This document shows, in pieces, positions 19,708-27,828 of a stretch of 64,000 bases of DNA. The DNA lies in NCBI GenBank assembly GCA_001767075.1, contig MEKX01000173.1, positions 2,845 to 66,844 on the forward strand, written 5' to 3'. Positions within the stretch are counted from its first letter, which is position 1, and every line of letters begins with the position of its first letter. The notes under the pieces are model-generated. The model searched no databases and had not been told where the DNA came from. It was given only the letters and a program-made list of their open reading frames with translations. The DNA comes from Acidobacteria bacterium RIFCSPLOWO2_12_FULL_54_10 (GTDB taxonomy: Bacteria > Acidobacteriota > Terriglobia > 2-12-FULL-54-10). The position numbers were made by a program, and so were the translations under genes.

Positions 19708-19737
19708 CCCCAGCACATTCTGATGTGCTGGGGGGGG
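19708..19737. repeat. perfect 11-bp-stem hairpin (ccccagcacat-tctg-atgtgctgggg) ending in a G8 homopolymer
   Basis: Read directly: arms 19708-19718 and 19723-19733, G run 19730-19737. No U-tract on either strand, so it is REP-like rather than a canonical terminator. Confidence 0.6.
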
Positions 19738-19780
19738 AAGCCGTGGGAACACCGTCCGGTGTATCGAAAGCCCCGGCAGA

Positions 19781-19873
19781 GCCTGCCTTGAGCCTGTCGA
19801 AGGGGGCGACAGAAACCCTCAGAGTTTCCCAGTCGCCTCGGACGAGATACACCTGCCCGAATACCGCTCTAGC
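19781..19873. repeat. composite intergenic repeat, copy A
   Basis: From ggggcgacagaa (19803) to gaataccgctctagc (19873) it aligns at roughly 80 percent identity with 22038-22108. The head gcctgccttgagcctgtcgaaggggg matches copy C. Confidence 0.7.
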
Positions 19874-20013
19874 TTTTGTACCACCGATGTAAATAATGTA
19901 TTCATGTGCGGCTGCAAATATTTCTGATGTGCTTTAATGATTTCGCTATCCCATCCATAAACAACGGCTGAATTGCAAATCGGCAATATTATGACTTGGG
20001 AATAAATATGCAT
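19819..20013 (-). CDS. hypothetical 64-aa ORF overlapping the SulP stop (TAATG)
   Basis: ATG overlaps the SulP TAA (aggagaTAATG). AT-rich, no recognisable family. Its 3' third lies inside repeat copy A, so it may be spurious. Confidence 0.25.
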   Translation of the reverse strand: MHIYSQVIILPICNSAVVYGWDSEIIKAHQKYLQPHMNTLFTSVVQKLERYSGRCISSEATGKL

Positions 20014-21737
20014 TATCTCCTTTTTTCCGCGGTCTTATCGATGCCTTCCTTGATGGATATTTGAGGTCCTTGCGTTGCCAATTCACCGCCTTTGAGCAAC
20101 TCTTCGCAGCGAGCAACGGTGGATGTGAAGTTGTCCAATAAATTCTCTGAGCCAATCGTAGCCAATAATCCTGCCTTTTCAATTTTTGCTTTGACTCGCT
20201 CGTTTGCTTCGCAGAGGATGACTTGTACTCTTCGTTTCTTTAAGTTTTGAGCGACTTCTTCCAATGTCTGCAATCCGGTGATATCCATAAACGGGACGTG
20301 GCGCAGGCGAATCACCAGAATGCGCGGGTCGGTGTGTGTTTCAGCTAAAACATGTTCAAAGTTCTCAACCGCTCCAAAAAAGAATGGACCTTGGATAGAG
20401 TAAACCAACACTCCAGCGGGTAGCTTTTTCAAACCCTCATAGATCAGACCTATGCTGCCGATTTCTTCTTCGCCAATTTGTTGCACCTCGACGGAAGATG
20501 ACATGCGCCGGATGAATTGCATCATGGCGAGAATCACCCCGATGTTCACTGCTACCACAAGATCAGCAAATAAAGTGAGACTGAACGTAATCATTAAAAT
20601 CGCCACATCTGCACGTGGAGCTGTCCGGATCATGTGGCGGAAGTGTTTCAACTCGCTCATGCCGTATGCAACTATGAATAAAATTGCCGCAAGTACAGCC
20701 AATGGCACATGGGATGCCAGAGGTGCAAAGAATAGGATTACCAGGATCAGCGTAACAGAATGAGTGATGCCTGACAGCGGGGATGTGCCGCCATTGCGTA
20801 TGTTGGTTGCAGTGCGCGCTATGGCTCCAGTAGCCGCAAACCCGCCAAACAATGGGGTTGCTATATTGGCAATTCCTTGTCCGATCAATTCTTGATTCGA
20901 ATCATGCTTTGTGTCACCCATCCCATCTGCTACCACCGCCGAGAGGAGCGATTCAATAGCTCCCAGAATTGCAATGGTAAACGCCGGACCGATCAATACA
21001 ATGATGCTCGCTAGCGTTATCTTGGGAAGCGTTATGCCCGGTATTCCTTGTGGAATCCCTCCGAATGCGCTGCCTATCGTTTTGACTCCCTCGAATTGAA
21101 ATGCCGATTGCAAACCCGTCACAACCACCATGGCAACCAATGGTCCTGGCAAGCGGCTCAATCCTGGGATGCGAGGCGATAGGATCAATAGCAGCAGACT
21201 TATGATCGCCAGGGCGGTAGTAGCCACGTGCGGGTGCGGCAATTCCTTGAGTAATAACCAAAGTGTCTCGTGAAAGTGCTCCCCGGATACATTGGGCAAT
21301 CCAAAAAAATCGGCCCACTGTCCTACCCAAATGATGACTCCTATTCCTGCGGTGAATCCCAGAATCACTGGAGCAGGGATGAACTTGATGACACCACCCA
21401 TTCTTGTCAGCCCCATGACCAAGAGCATTACTCCGGCCATCAGAGTGGCAATTTGCAGACCACCGATGCCATGTTTTGCTGTAATTCCGGACAGTATGAC
21501 GATAAACGCTCCGGTTGGCCCGGCAATCTGCAATCTGGTGCCCCCAAAGATCGACACCGCCAGTCCGGCGACAATCGCCGTGTACAGCCCCTGCTCAGGC
21601 TTCGCTCCAGAAGCAATTGCGAAGGCCATGGCCAGCGGGAGCGAGACAACGCCGACTATCATTCCGGAGATGATATTGGGGAACCAATGCTCTCGGTTTA
21701 GTAAACCTGTCTGGCGGGCTTCTTGCAGGGCGATCAA
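20013..21737 (-). CDS. SulP family inorganic anion transporter with C-terminal STAS domain
   Basis: 574 aa polytopic N-terminal domain (GMIVGVVSLPLAMAFAIASGA..., typical SulP start) and a STAS-like C-terminus (VLVYSIQGPFFFGAVENF...VIRLRHVPFMDITGLQTLEEV). TTG start. Confidence 0.9.
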   Translation of the reverse strand: MIALQEARQTGLLNREHWFPNIISGMIVGVVSLPLAMAFAIASGAKPEQGLYTAIVAGLAVSIFGGTRLQIAGPTGAFIVILSGITAKHGIGGLQIATLMAGVMLLVMGLTRMGGVIKFIPAPVILGFTAGIGVIIWVGQWADFFGLPNVSGEHFHETLWLLLKELPHPHVATTALAIISLLLLILSPRIPGLSRLPGPLVAMVVVTGLQSAFQFEGVKTIGSAFGGIPQGIPGITLPKITLASIIVLIGPAFTIAILGAIESLLSAVVADGMGDTKHDSNQELIGQGIANIATPLFGGFAATGAIARTATNIRNGGTSPLSGITHSVTLILVILFFAPLASHVPLAVLAAILFIVAYGMSELKHFRHMIRTAPRADVAILMITFSLTLFADLVVAVNIGVILAMMQFIRRMSSSVEVQQIGEEEIGSIGLIYEGLKKLPAGVLVYSIQGPFFFGAVENFEHVLAETHTDPRILVIRLRHVPFMDITGLQTLEEVAQNLKKRRVQVILCEANERVKAKIEKAGLLATIGSENLLDNFTSTVARCEELLKGGELATQGPQISIKEGIDKTAEKRR

Positions 21738-21827
21738 TTCAGTGCCTTGGAAATAATTTATTAAGTAATATTTTACAGGGAAAATCGTTTCCAGGAAAGT
21801 TCCCGAAGGAAGGGTAGTGGGCTACTT

Positions 21828-21938
21828 TCAACGGCGTCTATAAACACCATAGAGCGCCGCACCAACTAGACCCGCTGCAACAGCCAGGATGCCAGCCAAC
21901 TGTAAGACTTCTGTAGGTGTCCAGTGAAATAAGAACAT
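21828..21938 (-). CDS. candidate 36-aa single-TM peptide (MFLFHWTPTEVLQLAGILAVAAGLVGAALYGVYRRR)
   Basis: Internal ATG of track ORF 21828..22187. Hydrophobic helix plus RRR tail. 90 nt upstream of SulP on the same strand. No obvious Shine-Dalgarno. Flanked by a 16-bp inverted repeat. Confidence 0.3.
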   Translation of the reverse strand: MFLFHWTPTEVLQLAGILAVAAGLVGAALYGVYRRR

Positions 21939-22000
21939 GAGTTCAATATGGCACGCCTTGGAAGGATATACTAGAGGGGCCAGTTCAAAGTAGCCCACTA

Positions 22001-22108
22001 CCGAAGGAAGCGGTGTCGGAAAAAACCGGTTCCGGCAGGGGCGACAGAATCGCCGGAGAATTCCCATGCACCTCGGGCGGGATATTCCTGCCTGAATACC
22101 GCTCTGGC
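22001..22108. repeat. composite intergenic repeat, copy B
   Basis: ggggcgacagaa (22038-22049) through cctgcctgaataccgctctggc (22087-22108), same orientation as copies A and C. The 14-mer gaataccgctctgg recurs at 22307-22320 inside hemW. Confidence 0.7.
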
Positions 22109-22170
22109 AGGCTCCTTTCAGGTAGCGTAAAATCCTGTTAGGGGCCTTTTTCTTTTTCCCCTCATTTGAT

Positions 22171-23346
22171 ATGCAAAATCCCGGCATTTATCTGAGCATC
22201 CCCTTTTGCCGCCAAAAGTGTACTTACTGTAACTTCGCTTCCGCAGCTTTCCCGGCTTCCCTGCTCGATTCCTATCTGCGATGCCTCTCCAGTGAAATTA
22301 CCAGCCGAATACCGCTCTGGGCGCAATCCGAATTATCCATCTCGTTGCAGACTCCTGCGGATACGGTCTACCTGGGTGGCGGCACGCCGAGCTTGCTTCC
22401 AGCGCCGCGCCTTGATGAGCTATTGCAACTCGTTCGCAGTGAATTCTCCATTCCTAAAAATTCTGAAATCACCCTGGAAGCCAGCCCGGAAAACGTCTCT
22501 CCTGAGCAGGCCGCTGCTTGGGCAGCCAGCGGGGTCAACCGCGTCAGCATGGGAGTGCAGTCAATGGTACTAACCGAGCTGCGCGCTGTCGGTCGTATGC
22601 ACTCAGCACAAACCGTGTCCTCCACTTTTGCTGCTCTCCGTCAGGCTGGCATTGAAAATATCTCCGTTGATTTGATCGCTGGTCTGCCCTTGCAAACCTC
22701 TCAAAGCTGGCGGGACTCCATCGACTCCCTGCTCGCGTTGCGGCCCACCCACTTTTCTGTTTATATGCTGGAGGTCGATGAGGACAGCAACCTCGGTCGT
22801 GAGATCCTTCGCAGCGGCAATCGCTTCCATGCTTCCGACATCCCCTCCGAGGATCAGATCGCGGATTTCTTCATCGCCGCCTGCGAGCAATTGCGCGAGG
22901 CAGGATATCTTCACTACGAAATTTCCAATTTCGCTCTGCCGGGCATGGAATGCCGTCACAATCGGAAATATTGGGAAGGCATCCCTTATTTCGGCTTCGG
23001 TGTGGAGGCGCATTCCTACGATGGAACTAACCGCTGGGCAAATACAGATTCTCTGGACGAGTATCTGCAAATTGCCAGCCAGCAGAAATCACCTGTCGTT
23101 CATTCCAAATCCTTAAATCAGAAAGAAAAGATCGAAGAACGGTTGTTTCTCGGCCTGCGCCAACTTGCGGGCATCTCGCTGTCTCGTATGGAAAAGGATT
23201 TTGGGGTGAACCCCCAGAATCTTTTTTCTGATCAGTTTCAAGAATTTGCGGCTTGTGGATGGCTGGTGAGGGAGGGGGATTATTTGCGGCTCACGGACAG
23301 CGGTGTGCTTTTTTCCAATGAGGTCTTTGCGGGGCTGATCTCCTAG
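22171..23346 (+). CDS. hemW: radical SAM family heme chaperone HemW (oxygen-independent coproporphyrinogen oxidase-like)
   Basis: 391 aa. IYLSIPFCRQKCTYCNF (CxxxCxxC radical-SAM cluster), GGGTPS, and a HemN_C-like C-terminus. Confidence 0.85.
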   Translation: MQNPGIYLSIPFCRQKCTYCNFASAAFPASLLDSYLRCLSSEITSRIPLWAQSELSISLQTPADTVYLGGGTPSLLPAPRLDELLQLVRSEFSIPKNSEITLEASPENVSPEQAAAWAASGVNRVSMGVQSMVLTELRAVGRMHSAQTVSSTFAALRQAGIENISVDLIAGLPLQTSQSWRDSIDSLLALRPTHFSVYMLEVDEDSNLGREILRSGNRFHASDIPSEDQIADFFIAACEQLREAGYLHYEISNFALPGMECRHNRKYWEGIPYFGFGVEAHSYDGTNRWANTDSLDEYLQIASQQKSPVVHSKSLNQKEKIEERLFLGLRQLAGISLSRMEKDFGVNPQNLFSDQFQEFAACGWLVREGDYLRLTDSGVLFSNEVFAGLIS

Positions 23347-23354
23347 ATGGCTTT

Positions 23355-23666
23355 CTACCTCTGGAATTCGTACCGCTCTATCGTCGCCGCTACTCCAGTT
23401 GACCCGCCCCCGCGATCCACGCGAATTACTTTCCCGATGCATTTGATCTTCACGGGCCCGCCGCGAGTGATCTGCTCGGGTAAAGTTAAAACGAACTCCA
23501 GCGAACTGCCGGGATTCATATCCGATCCAAATTCAAAATAAATTCCATTGGAACTGATATTGATCGTCCTCGTGGTCGTTTCCGCATCATCCTTTTCGTC
23601 TGCCCGGACCATCACGGGAAGTTGCATGGGAAATCTTCTCGCTCTTCGTTTATCTGAGGCGTTCAT
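23355..23666 (-). CDS. PilZ domain protein (putative c-di-GMP receptor)
   Basis: KRRARRFPMQLPV...TRTINISSNGIYFEF matches the RxxxR ... (D/N)xSxxG PilZ signature. Internal ATG 23666 is preferred over 23753. Confidence 0.7.
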   Translation of the reverse strand: MNASDKRRARRFPMQLPVMVRADEKDDAETTTRTINISSNGIYFEFGSDMNPGSSLEFVLTLPEQITRGGPVKIKCIGKVIRVDRGGGSTGVAATIERYEFQR

Positions 23667-23788
23667 ATTGTTTGTCTCCGAATTCCATTTTCTGCCATCC
23701 GAATGACATTTTGCGTTATTCAATGCTCTAAGGCAATAGTCCCGTAGTCCCAATTTTAGACTAGTCCGTTCGTACCGGAGTCCTAGTA

Positions 23789-26752
23789 TCAGGTCCTATA
23801 GGACTTTGGTGCCTCCTCTTGCGCCGGACACAGATTTTGGAAATCGCAATAACGGCAAAGGAAGCCAGGGTTCGGAGGAAAAATCCCTTCTTGGATGCCA
23901 TTGCTGGTTTGTCGAATTTCCTCTTCAACCTCTTTATAATCTTTCAGTTTCCTCGATGTTGCCAGCAATTCCTGGTTGGAAAGATTGAACAAGATCATTC
24001 GATCAATAGGGATTTTCAAGGCCGCCTCGCAAGCCTTTCCATAGATCGTCATTTGCAAACTTTCTTGTGCATCCTTCTGTGTTTTAGGTCGGCCAGTTTT
24101 ATATTCCACCAACTCCGTTTCACCTGCTGTGTTTCGGTGAATCTGATCAATCCTGCCTTTGATGTGTGCCGAACCCCAGTCGAACTGAAACGATTTTTCC
24201 TGTTCAAGAACCTGAATCCCACTTTCCTTCCACACTTGCCACACGCCTCTCAATTGTTCTTCGCCCAATTTCCTGTACATGCGTTCCTGCACTGCATCGC
24301 GAAAATCCCCCGCCTTCCAATGCCGTTCCCATAGTTTGCCAATCGCCTCTTCGCTTATCTTCTGCGGATCGTTGCTCATCAACTGCACGAGTTCCTTCAC
24401 CGCTCCATGCATGATCGAACCAAATAACATGGCTGGTCCTGGAGGCACTGGTATCTGCCACGTCGCGCTGAATCGGTATTTGAGCGGACAGCCCAGGTAG
24501 GTTTCCAGTGCTGATGGGCTTAATGTTACATCTCTCTTTTCATTGCTCATCAACTCCTTCGCCCACCGTGTGATCTGCGATCCTCCGCTTTGTTTTTGCG
24601 ATGCAATCGCTTGATCCTTAATCTTGTCCGCTTGCGGAAGATCAACGGTTATCTTTTTGGAAATCAAATCCGGGAATCCGGCTTTTCGAAGTTCTTCGAG
24701 AAATGGGGATGGCTGCTGCCGTTCGTTTGTGACCGTGCACAATACCAGCGAGTTTTTCGCCCGCGTCAGCGCCACGTAGAACAACCTCCGTTCTTCTCCT
24801 ATATGATGATCCCCCTTGGGCAGTGGTCCCTTCCACAGTTCAGCAGGCAATTCAATCAATGGCTTCTTCCGGTTCGCGGGGAAATGCCTGCGCAGCAGAT
24901 GAAAAACGATGACGTGCTTATACTCTAGCCCTTTGGCTCCGTGCACGGTGCTCAAAATAACCTTGCCCAAAGGGTCCGCTTCCGGTTTTTCCCATAATTT
25001 AGGTTGCTGGTCTAATGTCGTGCTTTCGCCAACAGCGCTCGTTGTATTCTCTTTTTCGTCGTCCTCCGGGAGATTCACGCTGCCGCCTGCTTCTTCGAAA
25101 TAAGAAAAATATTCCAGAAACTCGCTGAGCATCCCCGTTTCGCTTTTTTCGGCATCCCACTTCTTCACAAATGCCGCGAAAGCATCTTCCGCAGTTTTCT
25201 CTTCCTCACCTCCCATGCCTCCTAGTTCAGCCCTCATCAGGTCAAACCATTCGCTCAACCGCTGGAACCGAGAGAACCGAGAGAACCGATCCAGGATTTC
25301 CAAAAACTTCTGCATTCCGGGCCACTCTTTGCCTCCATTTTTTTCGCGAATCACCTCCATCAAAGGCCTTCTGCCCCTGCTCGCCAGTTGGCAATATTCC
25401 ACCAGGCGCGGCAATTCAAGCCCCCACTGTATGTGGCTTGCTGCTCTGGCTGTGCTAACACTGTCTTCGGGCGTGCCTATGACGCGCAGACAAGCCACCA
25501 AGTCCAGCACACGCGGCGTTCGATGAATGGCAAGGTTGCGGATCGCAAACGGTACTCCGTGCCGGCGCAGCGCATCCACCAACTGATCGCGGTGCCGGTG
25601 TTTTCTGTAGAGCACGGCAAAATCCGAAAATTTTCCTGCTTCTCCGCTCCGCACTTTGCGCGCGATTTCGGATGCGGTGTATTCCGCTTGCTGCTCTTCG
25701 CTGCTGAATTCCCAAATCTCGGTCAGCGCGCCCTGCCTCTCATTTTCTTTTTCCTTCGGTACATGCAAATTCTTGTCCGGCATGAGGCGGTCTTCCGGAG
25801 GGTTCATGGATATGGCCGTTTGTGCTACCGAGAGGATTTGTACGGTTGAGCGATAATTCTCATCCAGTACAATGCTCTTGCGTTCTGGGAAGTGTTTTTG
25901 AAATTGCTCAAAGCTCCCGTGAGAAGCCCCTCGGAAGCGGTAAATCGCTTGGTCGTCATCGCCTACAACAGCAAGGTTCCCATGCTCGCAAAGCATGACC
26001 AGCAATTCGAATTGGGCTGCGTTGGTATCTTGAAATTCATCCACCAAAACGAAACGGTACCGGTGCTGGAGTTCTTCCAGCGTTTCTGGAGAGTTTTTCA
26101 GAAGATTCACTGCGCGGGAAACCATGCCGCCGTAGTTAAGAAATCCTTTCTCCTCTTGCAACCTCTCTGAACGCTCATAGACGCGAGCGATTTCTCGTTG
26201 CTTTTCTATTTCCTTCTCGGCATTTTCACTTGGTTTTTTTTCACTCTTCGCAGCATCTTTCAGTCTTGAAGCAAGCTTCTCCACATAGTTGGCGTAGTCG
26301 GCTGGACTCACCAGGTTGTCATGGCAGCGGGAGCAGAAGTCCACCAGATCGCTCAAGAATTTTCCCGGCTCTGAAACACGAAGGTAATAATCCAGACCCA
26401 ACTCTTCCAGATGGCGGCGCAAGAAAATCCACTCGTCAATTTTGTCCAAGACTTTTTTCTTCGACTGTTCACCCAGCAAATCATTGCAAAAGGAATGAAA
26501 GGTTGAGAAATGGCAACCTTCCACTCTTTCTCCATATTTTTCCTGCAATCTCCGGCGCATTTCTGCCGCGGCTTTGCGGCTAAAAGTCAGAGCCAATATT
26601 TGATGCGGTTGCAGGTCTGGGACGTTCTGTAATAGAAAGCCTACCCGTTCTACGATAACACGGGTTTTCCCCGTCCCCGCCCCTGCAACAATCAGAAGCG
26701 GCCCGGAAACGTGTTTCACGGCCTCCTGTTGTTGTTTGTTGAGTTGAATCAT
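23789..26752 (-). CDS. UvrD/PcrA-type superfamily 1 helicase fused to a C-terminal PD-(D/E)XK (RecB/Cas4-like) nuclease with Cys cluster
   Basis: 987 aa. Walker A AGAGTGKT, DEFQDTN, VGDDDQAIYRFRGA, TVHGAKGLEY. C-terminal GRIDQI...EYKTG nuclease core plus C...CRYCDFQNLC. Confidence 0.85.
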   Translation of the reverse strand: MIQLNKQQQEAVKHVSGPLLIVAGAGTGKTRVIVERVGFLLQNVPDLQPHQILALTFSRKAAAEMRRRLQEKYGERVEGCHFSTFHSFCNDLLGEQSKKKVLDKIDEWIFLRRHLEELGLDYYLRVSEPGKFLSDLVDFCSRCHDNLVSPADYANYVEKLASRLKDAAKSEKKPSENAEKEIEKQREIARVYERSERLQEEKGFLNYGGMVSRAVNLLKNSPETLEELQHRYRFVLVDEFQDTNAAQFELLVMLCEHGNLAVVGDDDQAIYRFRGASHGSFEQFQKHFPERKSIVLDENYRSTVQILSVAQTAISMNPPEDRLMPDKNLHVPKEKENERQGALTEIWEFSSEEQQAEYTASEIARKVRSGEAGKFSDFAVLYRKHRHRDQLVDALRRHGVPFAIRNLAIHRTPRVLDLVACLRVIGTPEDSVSTARAASHIQWGLELPRLVEYCQLASRGRRPLMEVIREKNGGKEWPGMQKFLEILDRFSRFSRFQRLSEWFDLMRAELGGMGGEEEKTAEDAFAAFVKKWDAEKSETGMLSEFLEYFSYFEEAGGSVNLPEDDEKENTTSAVGESTTLDQQPKLWEKPEADPLGKVILSTVHGAKGLEYKHVIVFHLLRRHFPANRKKPLIELPAELWKGPLPKGDHHIGEERRLFYVALTRAKNSLVLCTVTNERQQPSPFLEELRKAGFPDLISKKITVDLPQADKIKDQAIASQKQSGGSQITRWAKELMSNEKRDVTLSPSALETYLGCPLKYRFSATWQIPVPPGPAMLFGSIMHGAVKELVQLMSNDPQKISEEAIGKLWERHWKAGDFRDAVQERMYRKLGEEQLRGVWQVWKESGIQVLEQEKSFQFDWGSAHIKGRIDQIHRNTAGETELVEYKTGRPKTQKDAQESLQMTIYGKACEAALKIPIDRMILFNLSNQELLATSRKLKDYKEVEEEIRQTSNGIQEGIFPPNPGFLCRYCDFQNLCPAQEEAPKSYRT
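25265..25290. repeat. 9-bp tandem repeat gaaccgaga x ~2.9 inside the helicase gene
   Basis: Plus strand gaaccgaga gaaccgaga gaaccgat. Encodes RFSRFSRF in the minus-strand gene. Same unit (reverse orientation) as 63213-63254. Confidence 0.8.
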
Positions 26753-26800
26753 GATCGGGATATTTCTCTATGACAATCAAAACGGATTGCAAATTCTTAC

Positions 26801-27736
26801 TTACTTAGACCGCACGACTGCTACCGGTGAGGGTTCTACATGGACCAGCACATCAGCTACTCCGGGCATTTCTTCCCGAATGCGAATTCGTACCTGCGTC
26901 GCAATATCATGCGAAACCTGCACCGACAAATTTGGATCCACTTCCAGGTGCAGATCAACGTGATACTGAAATCCCGTTTTGCGAGCGTAGCACTTCTCCA
27001 CACCCAATGCGCCAGGCACCCGCAATGCTGTTTCCCGAATGGCTTGCAAAACCGCTTCATCCGGCATTGTGTCCATCAATTGCAGCGAAGTGTGCCAGAC
27101 AATATTCAACCCTGTGAAGATAACAACCAAGCCCACTGTAACTCCTCCAAAATGATCAGCTTCAAGAAACCTTTCAGGGCTATACAAAGTCAATCCTAAC
27201 GCGGTCAAACAGGCGAACGCAGATAGAATATCCACTGCATCATTCCAGGCATCAGCCACTAAAGCTGCGCTTTGGATTTTCCGGCCATAGCGAAGCTTCA
27301 CAACGGTCAGCGTGGTCTTAACTACTATCGCCAGCACCAGTGGCCAAATTCCAAATGCTAAGGGAGCATCGTGCGCTTGGCCGAATCCCTGTAGTGAACG
27401 AATGCTAATACCTAGTCCGGTTGCTGCAAGCAATATTCCAACAAGCAAACCTGCCAGCATCTCCGAGCGACCATGTCCGTATGGATGATTTTCGTCAGGA
27501 GGCCGGGACGCAACAGTCATGCCAAACAGCACAACGCCGGAAGCCAGCACATCGCCTGCAAACTCAATCCCAGCCGCTACGACCGATGTGGAACCCGCCA
27601 TCAATCCCACTACGATATTGACAACTGCCAGTACGCCGCTTCCCGCCATTCCCCAAATGGCAATTAGTTTTGCTTTTTGAATTTCCTCAGTATGGAAAAT
27701 TGGCGGGGAGTATATGTCAGGCGACACTTGGCTCAT
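26801..27736 (-). CDS. cation diffusion facilitator (CDF) family metal efflux transporter
   Basis: 311 aa with six TMs. HxxxD-type motifs (AGIEFAGD, ADAWNDAVD) and the C-terminal cytoplasmic domain pattern (VHHLHVW-like: YHVDLHLEVDPNLSV..H). Confidence 0.85.
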   Translation of the reverse strand: MSQVSPDIYSPPIFHTEEIQKAKLIAIWGMAGSGVLAVVNIVVGLMAGSTSVVAAGIEFAGDVLASGVVLFGMTVASRPPDENHPYGHGRSEMLAGLLVGILLAATGLGISIRSLQGFGQAHDAPLAFGIWPLVLAIVVKTTLTVVKLRYGRKIQSAALVADAWNDAVDILSAFACLTALGLTLYSPERFLEADHFGGVTVGLVVIFTGLNIVWHTSLQLMDTMPDEAVLQAIRETALRVPGALGVEKCYARKTGFQYHVDLHLEVDPNLSVQVSHDIATQVRIRIREEMPGVADVLVHVEPSPVAVVRSK

Positions 27737-27828
27737 GTGCTTATTTTCCTCTTTTCCGTTCCGGGTGGAAAGAGCGTCGTATGCTATACTTCAAAATATT
27801 TCCCAAAAAGATTATAAAGGAGTTTTTT

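Noticed and set aside
21828-22187. Full 119-aa version of the - strand ORF
   Set aside because: Its 5' part runs through repeat copy B and overlaps the hemW start in antisense. Only the last 36 codons (the hydrophobic peptide) look like a plausible product, and even that is low confidence.
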